A stretch of DNA of 64,000 nucleotides from the human T2T-CHM13v2.0 reference genome, Homo sapiens. Positions within the stretch are counted from its first letter, which is position 1. Every line of letters begins with the position of its first letter. The notes beneath the pieces are model-generated. The model did no database searches, was not told the origin of the DNA, and saw only the letters and a list, made by a program, of their open reading frames with translations. Both the position numbers and the translations under genes were made by a program. The DNA is taken from assembly GCF_009914755.1 (NCBI RefSeq), contig NC_060931.1; one strand, written 5' to 3'. Shown piece after piece: positions 1 through 11,598 of the stretch.

Positions 1-529
1 CACATTTTGGAGAGCACTGATTTTCCAGAAGTGCTAATTACCAAGCTCACAGCAGAAGGTTGGCTGCATTTTAAACTATTTCCTCAGATGCTCCCTGCTG
101 AACTCAGAGATGTCCTCATTCAGCCGAGCCAGCCTCCCAGGTGGGTGGGAGGCCCCTGGCTGGTGCCACTCACAGACTTTGGGCTTCTTCTGAACCCGCG
201 GAGCCCTGAAACACCAATAGGCCCACACTCCTGAGGGGGTTCTGGCCACATCTGCCTTTAGGAAAGATCTGTTCATTGGTGTAAAACCCTGACGTGTGAC
301 ATCAGAAAACCAGAGCACCTGGCCATGCCCCAACCCTGTAGCTCCAGGCAGACCTCCCTATGATGTGGCCTGCCATAGTCATGTGGCTCGTGATGAGTCT
401 AGAAGGCCTGGAAGTTTCTGTCTAAGTCCGGGCAAAAACAGAGGGACTCACAGCACCCCTTGTGGTGTGAGAGTAATAGATGCATGCATACATGTGTGAA
501 GGCTTGTTTGCAGATGTCTCCATCTGTTA

Positions 530-885
530 TGTCTGAGCCCATTCAGGCTGCTCTAACAATATCGTAGACTGGGGGGCTTAGAAAAAACAAATTGATTTTT
601 CATCGTCCTGGAGGCTGGAAGTCAAGGTTAACTTGCTAGCTGATTCTGTGCCTGGTGAGGGCCTGTGTCCTGGCTCATAGACTGCCTTCTTCTGTGTCCT
701 CGCTTGGTGGAAGGGACAAGGGACCCCTCTGTGTTGTCTTTTATAAGGGCACTAATCTCATTCGTGAGCGTTCTCCCCTCATGACGTGATCATTTCCCAA
801 AGACCTCACTTCCTAATACCATCCCATTGGGGGTGGGATTTCAACATTGGAACTTGGGGAGGACACGAACATTCAATGTGTAACA
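530..885 (-). mobile_element. MLT1A-type MaLR solo LTR
   Basis: tgtc...taaca termini; contains ttttataagggcactaatctcatt and ggacacgaacattca, the reverse complement of MLT1A consensus motifs. Confidence 0.85.
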
Positions 886-904
886 CCATAAAGAAGACAT
901 GGGA

Positions 905-1197
<293 letters not shown>

Positions 1198-3119
1198 CCA
1201 GAAGGCATAGGAATCTGGTATGTATGTACTAATCTTCAACATTGACAGTCCCCAGCCTTTCAATCCTTGATGTAAGTGATGAAGATGAGCTTCTGATCTC
1301 TCAAGGCCCGGCGGAGCCCTTTCCTAAACCTGGGGTTACCATTTTCCCATGCCTGGGGGTTTTCCCAGGACATTCATGCTGATACCAGGACAGTCCCGGG
1401 TAAGCGGGATGGTTGCTCATGCTGTTGACAAGGCTCTGGGGATCTTGGCGCCACCACCTTCTCCTCGTGCCACACACACACATGCACACACACCACCCAT
1501 GCCAGACTTCTGAATCTCATCTTATGAGTCCATTAATTCACTGTTCCCCACCTGCTATATGTGCCCAAAGATTTGAGATTTGCATAGACAACATTTTGAA
1601 AAGTTTTATCCTCTGTTTTGTCATTAAAATAGACCCCGTGGGTGGGTCAGCAAGTGATATTAGGAAGACGGGGGTGAGATGGTATCAAATGAAGGGAAGA
1701 CTACAGGGCTGGCGGCAAGGACACAGATTTGGGGTAGCAGCCAGACTTGGGAATTTGGTGAGGGTGCATGACGCCCAAGACTATTGCAGAGCCTGATGCC
1801 TCGGCCCCCGGGTACCTGGACCACAGTGGCAGGGCGCCAGAAAGGGCTGTGAGGGAACTAGGTCAGCAACCAAAAACTCACAGGAGTCAAACGAATACTA
1901 TGAGCCACTATGTTTGCCCAGAGCTGTGCTAGTGTGTGTATGAGATTTTTAAAAAGGGAAAACGTTACTGTTGCCTGAAGGAGATTAATATGTGGATAAG
2001 ACATACATACATGACAGAAACTAAGAAAGTTATTACAAGATTTTAACCAGAGTCTTACCACCCTATTTTTAAGGCAGGAGAATTGTATGAAATGATTGCT
2101 ATAGTTCAGAGAGGTGAAGTAATCCTCTAAATCACATAGTGATTTGGTGTTTTGTGAGTTTGGAGAAGGAGAGGTGAAGGTGGTTCTGGAAGGCTTCCTC
2201 CAGGAGATGGGGCAGACTCGGGCTCTGCAGAGCAGGCAAGGTCATCAGAGAAGCGGAGCAGCAGAGACCTGGAGGCAGGCTGTGAGGTGGCTGGCGCTGT
2301 GTGGATCAGGGAGGTGCCGAGGGTAGGAGAATGCTGGCCTGGTTCTAAGTCATTGGCCCTGCGGCACGTGGCCTGTCTGGAAATGAGTTCCTGCAGACAC
2401 TCTGGACAGGCAGGAGACCTCAATGGGCACTGGGGCAACCTGGGCCAGCTGTAGGCTTCCTTCCTGATCAAACAAGCGGACCGTGCTGAGACACCTCCCC
2501 GAAAGCCACAGGTCTCAGCCCCTTCATGGGTGACCCTGTGTTATCCACCTGAGAAAGGGCCCAAAAGAGGCCTCTCAGAGGAGGCAGGCCCTGTGGCAGC
2601 ACGGGCCTTGAAATCGGCCCCCGGGGCCCCTGTGGCTTCAGTCCAGGGACTCCATGCCGGGCGCTGAACCACCTCCACAAAACTCATGCGATCCTCAGAG
2701 CCCCGCCTCATCAGCCGGAGGACAGGGGTCACCTGACAGTGTGTCTGAATGAGCGGAAGCTTCCGTTCTGTGAGAGCTCTGGGCTTTTGTGAACTGACAC
2801 GGGGCACAGCCACCCGGGCCCCTGGGTGTGGAGTAACCTAAGAAGTCGTGTACCCCTGGGGTGATGAGGATTGAGGCTAAGATGGGCAGAGGGAGAGGAA
2901 AGGTTACACGGGACCCAGTGACAGGAGTCGCAGTGAGTTCAGCCCTGGTCTGCCCAGAGCAGTCCAAGTTTACCCGGGAGTCCAGGGGAAGTCACAAATA
3001 GAGCTTCCTTTCATGTGCAAATGTCCCCTCATTTGGATGATAGGTTATAGGACCCTCCTAAGTTTGGTGACTTCTGAGGTCTCAGGCTAAGACATTTCTT
3101 TGACCCCACTACAGATGAA

Positions 3120-3340
3120 GTACATTGTTTAAGTGTTGGAGGGAGTGGCCTAGCCCAGGGCCCAGAGCTGGAGCCTGCCAGCCTGGTCCCCATCCAGGCC
3201 CTTCCACTCATGGGCTCTGTCCTGTTGGGCAAATCACCTAGGCTGTCTGTGCCTCATTTTCCTCTAATATGGATATCAACATAGCGCCCACCTCATGGGC
3301 TTATGAGGATGTGACTCATACTATGCGTGATGCCGTGTTA
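3120..3340 (+). mobile_element. MIR fragment
   Basis: gggcaaatcacctaggctgtctgtgcctcattttcct...cctcatgggcttatgaggat resembles the MIR core. Confidence 0.6.
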
Positions 3341-4549
3341 GCCTTTGTTAATGAGAACCTCCTGGTCAGAGCTGTGCTGTGGGCAGCCAAAGGCCGATTA
3401 TGGAGAACCACCCAGAGTGGAGTTAGGAGCCGGCCTCGGGGGGCCGGTCACAGAGTGGCTCAGCTGGTCAGAAATCATGTCTAAGTCTCACACAGGCAGG
3501 AAAATGCGACAGTGAGAAAGGGTCCTGTCCCAGCCCCTGAGAGAGTACAACGATTCTACAAAGACCCTGACACCTGCTCTTGTGACTGAGTTGCATAAAG
3601 TAGGGGTTGAATTCCTGAGTCCACTAAAGACATGTACTTCCAGAATGGTAGGAGTGAAAGAGGGGTGAACATAGATGGAGAACCAAGGGTTTTCCCAGGT
3701 GCTGTTTGTAGGTCACACAGGGGCACAGTATTGATGGGAAAGTCAGCCTCAGGCATCATGTGCATCATTCAAGGTGTCCCGTCACGTTCCTGGCAGAGTT
3801 GGCTTCATATCCAACTTGCCTGACTCCACAGCAGCCTCCCTTTAAGGAGGCTTGGACAACCCAGGCCGCCATGACCGGAACCCCAGAACCTGCCCACGAG
3901 AAGTTGCTCCTGTTCTCCTCCTCCCCTGCGAGGCTCCTCTCAGGCCAGGGCTTCCAAGTCCCATGTAGGCCTCCAGAGCCAAGACCCCTGCAGCACCCTG
4001 TGCACTCAGGCAGAGGAAAGAGCCCAGGATCCTGCACAGCCCCTTGGCTCTGCTGTGGCCTCTCATCGGGCCCCTTGGCATTCCAGGTGGCCCTGCCAGC
4101 CCACAGACATCCTCCAGGAAGCCAAGGATGGGAAGGATTCTGAGGTCTGTTTGGCAGAGGTCACATGGATACGTTATGGGAGAGGAGTGGTGTTCTGGCA
4201 CCCCATGGCTTGAAGGTTTCCATTGTTTTCTCTGTTGATATAAAGACTGGTTTTCAGACAGAGGCAATAAGGGAAGAAACAATAAGTGAGAAGGTGAAAG
4301 AGGTCAGTGTTAGACGTAAAAATGCCACTTCTTCTGCAAGGTTTTCTTGAACTCCCAGGTTCGAATTCCCACCACCTTCAGCCATGGCGCGCGCGGCTCT
4401 GTCTGTACACTCAGTGTACAGTAAACATTTGTCTACAGGTCTTTCCCGTAACTTGTGATATCCCACACAGCTTAGGATGGTGGCATATTTATTATTTTAT
4501 CACCAATTCCCAGTACAGGTGCTAGGTTCATTTTAGGCATTTGGTTGAA

Positions 4550-5120
4550 CTTTATCATTTATTTATTTTCCCATTATAAAAATAATACAGAATATAGTAA
4601 AAAATAGGAAAAAAAGCCTTTTTAAAATAGCATCAATAGACCCAGTATCTGAAATTACTATTAATATTTTAGTAGGTTTTCTAAATCTATTTCCAAGAAT
4701 AGATGTATTTTTTTAGTTACAATTATTAGTTTTACATCCCAACCTTTTGATACAATTAGCATTGTATACAATTAAATACTTATTGTTAACACAATTTTCA
4801 TAGTTACATAGTATTTCATTGAGTAGATCTACCAAAATGCAATTAACCATTTTCCAGCTAGACCAGCTGGACCATGTATAATATTCCCTGTTATCACTGA
4901 TGCTGTGAAGCACCTTTGGGTCTAAGATGTTCCTTGAGTGGAATTACTGAGTCAAAAACTAGGAACACTTTTTTATATACACTTTTGATGTATATTTGCG
5001 AATTGTCGTCCGTATGCCTCATCATTCATCCTGATTCCATGCTCACCAGCATCAGGTGAATATGCAATTCGTTTTAAAGAGAACTTGCTAAGGCTATGAT
5101 TTTTTAAAAAGATCTCTGCT
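4550..5120 (-). mobile_element. Old L1M(E) fragment
   Basis: AT-rich; tagtatttcattgagtagat...ggaattactgagtcaaa is typical of antisense L1M 3' regions. Confidence 0.5.
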
Positions 5121-6149
5121 AATATAATTTAATTGCATAGCTATTTAAATCAGCATATATTTAATTATATTCTATAGTTAATTAAATTCACATATATTTA
5201 ATAGTAAATTGATTTTCTGTAAAGTAATACCAGTGATATCTTTCTTGTGATTTTATTCTTGCTCCATTTATCTTTTAATGTCTTGGTGTGTAAATAACCA
5301 AAAAGCTCCCTGAAGGGGAAAGACAGCGGAAATCGGAAATCACCTCTGAGTCCTTCACGGTCCAGCCAGGAGCTAGTCTCAGGCGTAGCGGAGCCCCTGA
5401 TGCCCATGCCAGAGGCAGCGACTTCTGAGCTGGGTTCTGTGATTCCCCTGCTCATCCTCTAGGAGGCACTAATGAGCAGCAGTGAGCTGAGGAAGACGAA
5501 GAGCCAGAGGACTCCAAAACCTGGAAGATCTGAGTAACCTACAGACGGGCTAACGAGCCCCTGTAGGCTGCAGAGAGGTTGGCTGCTGGTCACACCACCC
5601 TGGAGAAGAGCACGGTTCCAAGATCAGCCACCCAGGGAACCTGGGAGGGAAGCAGACACTGTCTGAGAAGGGAGGGGATTGATGACTTCACTGAACCCTG
5701 AAACTGATCTCATCTGCTCCAAATACCTGGGATGATCCGGGAGACTTAGCCAGGAACATCTGAATGATGTTTCATGGGTAGCATTTTACTCTTGCTAGAA
5801 GCCGGAGGCCACTCGTATTAGGACTGTATACAAAAAGGCCCAGAAACTTAACAAGAAAAAAATAGATTTTTTCATCACCTTAGAAAGATATTGAAAATTC
5901 ATTCACTTCTTTGCAGTCAGAGGGTGACTTCTGGCAGCTGGCAAGTCTCGGATCTAACTGCAATATAAAAAGATTTGTGGAGTGAGAGAGTGCCTCCCAC
6001 TGCTTTCTACCAGTCAATAAATTTGTCAGTCCTCTGAAAGCTTTCAGAGAGAAAACGTTCACAATATTTGTGTTTTGGTTCAGACCTGCTCCTATAAAGG
6101 CCCCGTGGCCCAGCCTTGTTACTTTCAGCTGCAAGAGGCAGCAGCTGAG

Positions 6150-6322
6150 CCCAGTGCAGGGGCTCTGAGTCACCTGGGGAACTTGCCGCCCCCAGACAGC
6201 CGGGCCCCTGTGCAGAGTGTGTGACTCAGTATGTCTGGGGTGGGGCCTGAGAGTCTGCATTTCTAACGAATCCCCAGGTGCTGCTGAGTGGCTGGGCCCA
6301 GAGTGGCCTTGGAGAAGCCCTG
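6150..6322. mobile_element. MER5A-like hAT-Charlie fragment
   Basis: tcagtatgtctggggtggggcctgagagtctgcatttctaac...caggtgctgctg. Confidence 0.7.
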
Positions 6323-6476
6323 GCATGATTGCTTGTGCCATCAGGCTGCCTAGTTCTGCCCCTTATGGGCAGGGCGACCTTGGGTCAGGGCTGGCTTCTC
6401 CAAGCCTGCATCTCAGTTCCATAAAGTCAGAACAGCACCTTCCTTTCCTAGGTGTTCTGACGAGGGGAGTCTTCAG

Positions 6477-6780
6477 AGTGTGGGCTCTGGAGTCGGACAG
6501 CCTGGGTCCAAACCCTGGCTCCTCACCTGAAAAGGGTGTCCTCTTGGGCCAGTGGGCTCCTTCAGCACCCTAGGTAACATAGCCCTGAAATGAAAATCAT
6601 AATCCATAATAATGCCTATTTCATAGAATTATAATGGGGATTAAGTAAATTAATATTTTAAAGTCTTCAGTGTTTGGTTAATAACAAGTACTATGTGAAT
6701 GTAAAATAAAATAAATATGTGCAACACATCCATCAATGCATGGCACCATTACGAGCCCTCAACAAAGAGTGGTTACTATT
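6477..6780 (+). mobile_element. MIR fragment(s)
   Basis: gggctctggagtcggacagcctgggtccaaaccctggctc matches the MIR 5' end. Confidence 0.7.
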
Positions 6781-7202
6781 TTTGGATTCATTGGTACATG
6801 GTTCCATTAATCAATAAATATTTAGCGTCAAGTTTCTACAAGGTTCTGGTGTAGGCATTGAAAGAAGCACAAGATCTGGTTTCCCTTGTCTTAAAGATTA
6901 TAATTTTGTGGGCAGACAACATAAAACAGAGTTCAGTAACAGGAGTTTCTGGAGAGTGCTACCAGCACGGTTCACAGAGCAGTGGGCCGGTATCATTTTT
7001 TGGGAGAGATCCTCAGGCAGTGGAGTGACAGGAGAAGGTTTCAGAATGTTCAGACTCAAGTTGGGCCTGGAGCATTTTAGGCTGAAAGGACTGAGAAGAA
7101 TGATGCTTCAGGGAGTTTGCTGCTGTTGCACGTGATTTTCTTGGGCTGGTTCAGCCTTCTTCAAAGGCCATGTTCCAAAATCAGCTTCGGTTCTTTAAGT
7201 AA

Positions 7203-7484
7203 ATTCTCAATGAGATCGTTTTTGCATGAGCATCAAAAACTGTTGACCTAGCGAAGAAAATGTGCATCTACTTCCCCAGGATAGGGCGGTGGCCCCTCGA
7301 ACCCCATCACACACACAGACCTCATCTGTCCAGGTAAATGAGATTCTCAATGAGATCATTTTTGCATGAGCATCAAAAGCTGTTGACCTAGCGAAGAAAA
7401 TGTGCATCTACTTCCCCAGGATAGGGCGGTGGCCCCTCGAACCCCATCACACACACAGACCTCATCTGTCCAGGTAAATGAGAT
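7203..7484 (+). repeat. 140-bp tandem duplication (2 copies, 2 mismatches)
   Basis: 7203-7342 vs 7343-7482; differences gatcg/gatca and aaaaactg/aaaagctg. Confidence 0.97.
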
Positions 7485-9204
7485 GCCCAGAGACCTTCCC
7501 ATCAGACAGACCACAGTCCAGCCCTTGCCCAAGGGCTCAGATATGACAGCAAACACTTAACCCTCCACCCTTGCCATCACCATCACTCATCCCCATCACC
7601 CCCCATCTGCCTGGATTTGTCTCCACTCACCAAAATAGCCCAGAGATACGGCAGGCTTTTTGGAGGATCTGGTTGACCCATTTCCTATGATCCTCCAGGA
7701 TCCTCCTGGAGTTCCCAGGTGAAGGTCAGGCCGCAAGAATTAACCTGCACTCTAGAGTCGAGGAACCAGCCAGAGCTCTTCCAGTCTTCCTGTCCCGCTT
7801 TGCACGCTCACCACAGACTGGGCTTTCCAGGCCTTTCTCCTCTGCCTCTCATCAACAGCCCCCTTGTGCTGATAACCACGCAGGCTGTGGTCCAGTGCTG
7901 TGCCCAGGTTTGGTCAGCTTTGTTTAGATCTAAGCCTATACCTTTTTTAAAGTATAACCCAACGCTACCTAGTTTAATTTGTCCAAAATGCCAAGTGATT
8001 TCTCCACGTGTTTTGATTTTGAAAGCTGAACATCCTTATCCATAGGCATTTTAATTTGGAGAGTTGGAGAGTGTCATGAGCTTTGTCATTTGCTAGGGTG
8101 AGGGTGATCCAGGCTGAGCCGCCAGGCTGAGTGCACTGTGAATTAGCGTGGTGTGCGGGGAGTTACTGGAGTAGTCCCTGACTGCCATATCATTGCTTCA
8201 CTCACCAGATCATGCATCTTCCCATCATTGCTTCTGTTGATTTATCCTCATTTCTATGGCTGCCACCTGTGAAAGGTTCATAAATCTCCAGACTGCATCG
8301 GGCTCTACCTTCATTGGGCCAGAAAAAAATTCAAACCCACAAAGTTATTCCTTGGAAAATGTAGAGGTGAGATCTCCTCCAGAAACAAGCATGCTGATAG
8401 TTGAATGTGGCACATGAGATGTCACTCACTATCCATCTGCCATCACCTTATACAAATGCAGGCACGTCTCATCTCATTGCACTTCACTGTATTCTGCTTT
8501 GCACATATTGGGTTTTTTACAAATTGAAGGTTTGTAGCAACCCTGCTTTGAGCAGGTCTGTTGGGACCATTTTTCCATCACATGTTCACTTTGCATCTCT
8601 GTCACATTTTGGCAATTCTCACAATATTTTGAACTTTTTCATTACCATTATATCTGTTATGGTTATCTGGGATTAGTGATCTTTGATGTTACTGATGTAA
8701 TTGTTTTGGGAGCCACTAACTGTGCCTATATAAGGTGGCAAACGTAATAAACATTGTGTGTTCTGACTGCTCCACAAACAGGCCATTTCCCTCACCTCCT
8801 CTTGGGCCTCCCTATTCCTTGACACACAATATTGAATTAGGCCAATAATATCTTATAAAATGGCCTGTAAGTGTTCATAAATGGAAGAATTGCAGGTCTC
8901 TCACTTTAAATCAAAAGCTAGAAATGAGTAAGCTTAATGAGGAAGGCATGTCAAAAGCACCACGATAGGCTGAAAGCCAGGCCTCTTGTGCCAAATAGTT
9001 AGCCAAATTGTGAAGGCAAAGGAAAAGTCTTTGAAGAAAATTAAAATTGCTGCTCCAGTGAACATGTGAATGATAGGTAAGGGAAACAGCCTGGTTGCTG
9101 ATATGGAGAAAGGTTTCATGCTCTGGATAAAAGATCAAACCAGATACAGTATTCCCTGAAGCCAAAGCCTAATCCAGAACAAGATCCTAACTCTCTTCAA
9201 TTCT

Positions 9205-9879
9205 GTGAAGGCCAAGGGAGGTAACGAGGCTATAGAAGAAAAGTTGGAAGCTAACAGAGGGTGGTTCATGAGGCTTAAGGAAAGAAGTCGTCTCCATAAC
9301 ATAAAAGTGCAAGGTGAAGCAGCAAGTGCTGATGGAGAAGCTGCAGTAAGTTATTCAGAAGATCCAGCTAAGATCATTGATGAAGATGGCTACACCAAAC
9401 AACAGATTTTTAGTGAAGACAAAACAGCCTTCTTCTGGAAGATGATGCCATCTAGGACTTTCATAGCTAGAGAGGAAAATTCAGTGCCTGGCTTTAAAGC
9501 TTCAAAGGACAGGCTGACTCTCTTCTTAGGGGTTGAAGTAGCTGGTGACTTTAAGTCGGAGCCAGTGCTCATTTACCATTCTGAAAATCCTAGGGCCCTT
9601 AAGAGTGATGTTAAGTCTACTCCGCCTATGCTCTGTAAATGCAATAACAAGGCCTGGATTATAGCACAACTGTTTATACCATTGTGTAATGAATATTTTA
9701 ATCCCACTGTTGAGACCTACTGCTCAGAAAGAAAGATTTCCTTTAAGATATTACTGTTCAATCCCAGTATGCCTGGTCACCCAAGGACTCTGAAGGAGAT
9801 GCACAAGGAGATAAATGTTGTTTCTATGCCTGCCCACATAACATCCATTTTGCAGCACATGAATCATGGAGTCATTTAG
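9205..9879 (+). pseudogene. Decayed Tigger1 transposase fragment (end of CENP-B-like HTH plus DDE region)
   Basis: [28 protein letters not shown]...[10 protein letters not shown]...[11 protein letters not shown]...NNKAW; stops upstream and downstream, Alu disruption at 9916. Confidence 0.9.
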
Positions 9880-9915
9880 ACTTTCAAATCTTATAATTTA
9901 AGAAATACATTTCAT

Positions 9916-10215
9916 GGCTGGCATGGCGGCTCATGCCTGTAATCCCAGCACTTTGGGAGGCCGAGGCAGGCAGATTACCTGGGGTCAGGAGTTCGAGACC
10001 AGCCTGGCCAACATGGCAAAACCCCATCTCTACTAAAAATACAAAAATTAGCCAGGCATGATGGTGGGTGCCTGTAATCTTAGCTACTAGGGAGGCTGAG
10101 GCAGGAGAATCACTTGAACCCAGGAGGCAGAGATTGCATTGAGCCAAGATCATGCCATGGCACTCCAGCCTGAGCAACAGTGAGACACTCTGTCTCAAAA
10201 AAAAAAAAAAAAGAA
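9916..10215 (+). mobile_element. AluS element inside Tigger1
   Basis: Full Alu; TSD aagaaatacatttcat on both sides. Confidence 0.95.
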
Positions 10216-10232
10216 AAGAAATACATTTCATA

Positions 10233-10530
10233 GGCTGGGCATGGTGGCTCACGCCTGTACTTGCAGCACTTTAGAAGGCCAAAGCGGGCAGATCATGAGG
10301 TCAGGAATCGACACCATCCTGGCTAACACCGTGAAACCCCGTCTCTACTAAAAAATACAAAAAATTAGCAGGGCGTGGTGGTGGGAGCCTGTAGTCCCAC
10401 CTACTCAGGGGGCTGAGGCAGGAGAATGGCATGAACCTGGGAGGCGGAGCTTGCAGTGAGCCAAGATCGCGCCACTGCGCTCCAGCCTGGGTGACAGAGC
10501 GAGACTCTGTCTCAAAAAAAAAAAAAAGAA
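10233..10530 (+). mobile_element. AluY element inside Tigger1
   Basis: AluY diagnostics (accatcctggctaacac, agaatggcatgaacc, gcggagcttgcagtgag); TSD aaatacatttcata. Confidence 0.93.
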
Positions 10531-11484
10531 AAATACATTTCATAAAGCTATAGCTGCCATAGATAGTGATTCCTCTGATGGATCTGGGCAAAGTACATTG
10601 AAAGCCTTCTGGAAAGGATTTATCATCCCAGATGCCATTAAGAACATTCATATGCATTAGAGGAGGCCAAAATATCAACATTACCAGGAGTTTAAATGAA
10701 GTTGATTCTAACCCTCATAATCTTTGAGAGATTCAAGACTTCAGTGGGGAAAGTCACTGCAGATGTGATAAAAACAGCAAGATAACTAGAATTAGAAGTA
10801 GAGCCTGAAGATGTGACTGAGTTGCTACAGTCTCAGGATAAAACTTGAATGGGTGAGAAGTTGCTTCTAGGAACGAGCAAAGAAAGTGTTTCTTGAGATG
10901 AAATATACTCCTGGTGAAGATGCTAAGAATATTGTGGAAATGACAACAGAGGATTTAGAATATTCCATAAACATAGTTGAGAAAGAAGCAGCAGGGTTTG
11001 AAAGGACTGACTTCAATTTTGAAGGAAATTCTGATGTGGGTAAAATGCAATCAAATAGGATTGGGTGCTACAGGAAAGCTTTTGTGAAAGGAAGAATCAA
11101 TCAATGTGCAAACTTCATTATTGTCTTATTTTAAGAAATTACCAGTTATCCCAACCTTCAGCAACCAGCCCCTGATCAGTCAGCAGCCATCAACATCAAG
11201 GCAACACCACCTGCCAGCAAAAAGACGATGACTCACCGAAGGCTTAGATGATTGTTAGCATTTTTTAGCAACAAAACATTTTTAATAACTCACGTACATT
11301 TTTAGACATAATACTTTTGCACAGTTACTAATCTACAGCAGAGTATAAACATAACTTTTATATGCAGTTGGAAACCAAAAGATTTCTGTGACTCCCTTTA
11401 TTGTGATATTCACTTTATTGTGGTGGTTGGTGGTCTGGGACTGAACCTGCCAAATCTTTGTGGCATGCCTGTATATGGCTTTCT

Positions 11485-11598
11485 GTTTTTATCTTTGAGA
11501 TAGAGTCTTGCTATATTGTCGAGGCTGGGTCTCAAACTCCTCAAGCAATTATTGTGCCTCAGCCTCCAGAGTAGCTGAGATTACAAGCACACGCCATT
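11485..11598 (-). mobile_element. FLAM/Alu monomer
   Basis: tttgagatagagtcttgct...cctcagcctccagagtagctgagattaca. Confidence 0.8.

Larger units (their letters stand above)
8459..11471 (+). mobile_element. Near full-length Tigger1 (TcMar-Tigger) interrupted by two Alus
   Basis: caggca... and ...atgcctg|ta termini; about 2.4 kb after removing the Alus; internal transposase remnant. Confidence 0.93.

Noticed and set aside
4355-4460. B-box-like GGTTCGAATTCCC, Kozak-like gccATGGcg and palindrome CTGTACACT-C-AGTGTACAG
   Set aside because: No A-box or cloverleaf, the ORF is only 24 codons, and the region looks like an L2 3' remnant; chance features
6562-6582. TTCAGCACC, the left half of a REST/NRSE site
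   Set aside because: The right half GGACAG is absent and the site lies inside a MIR
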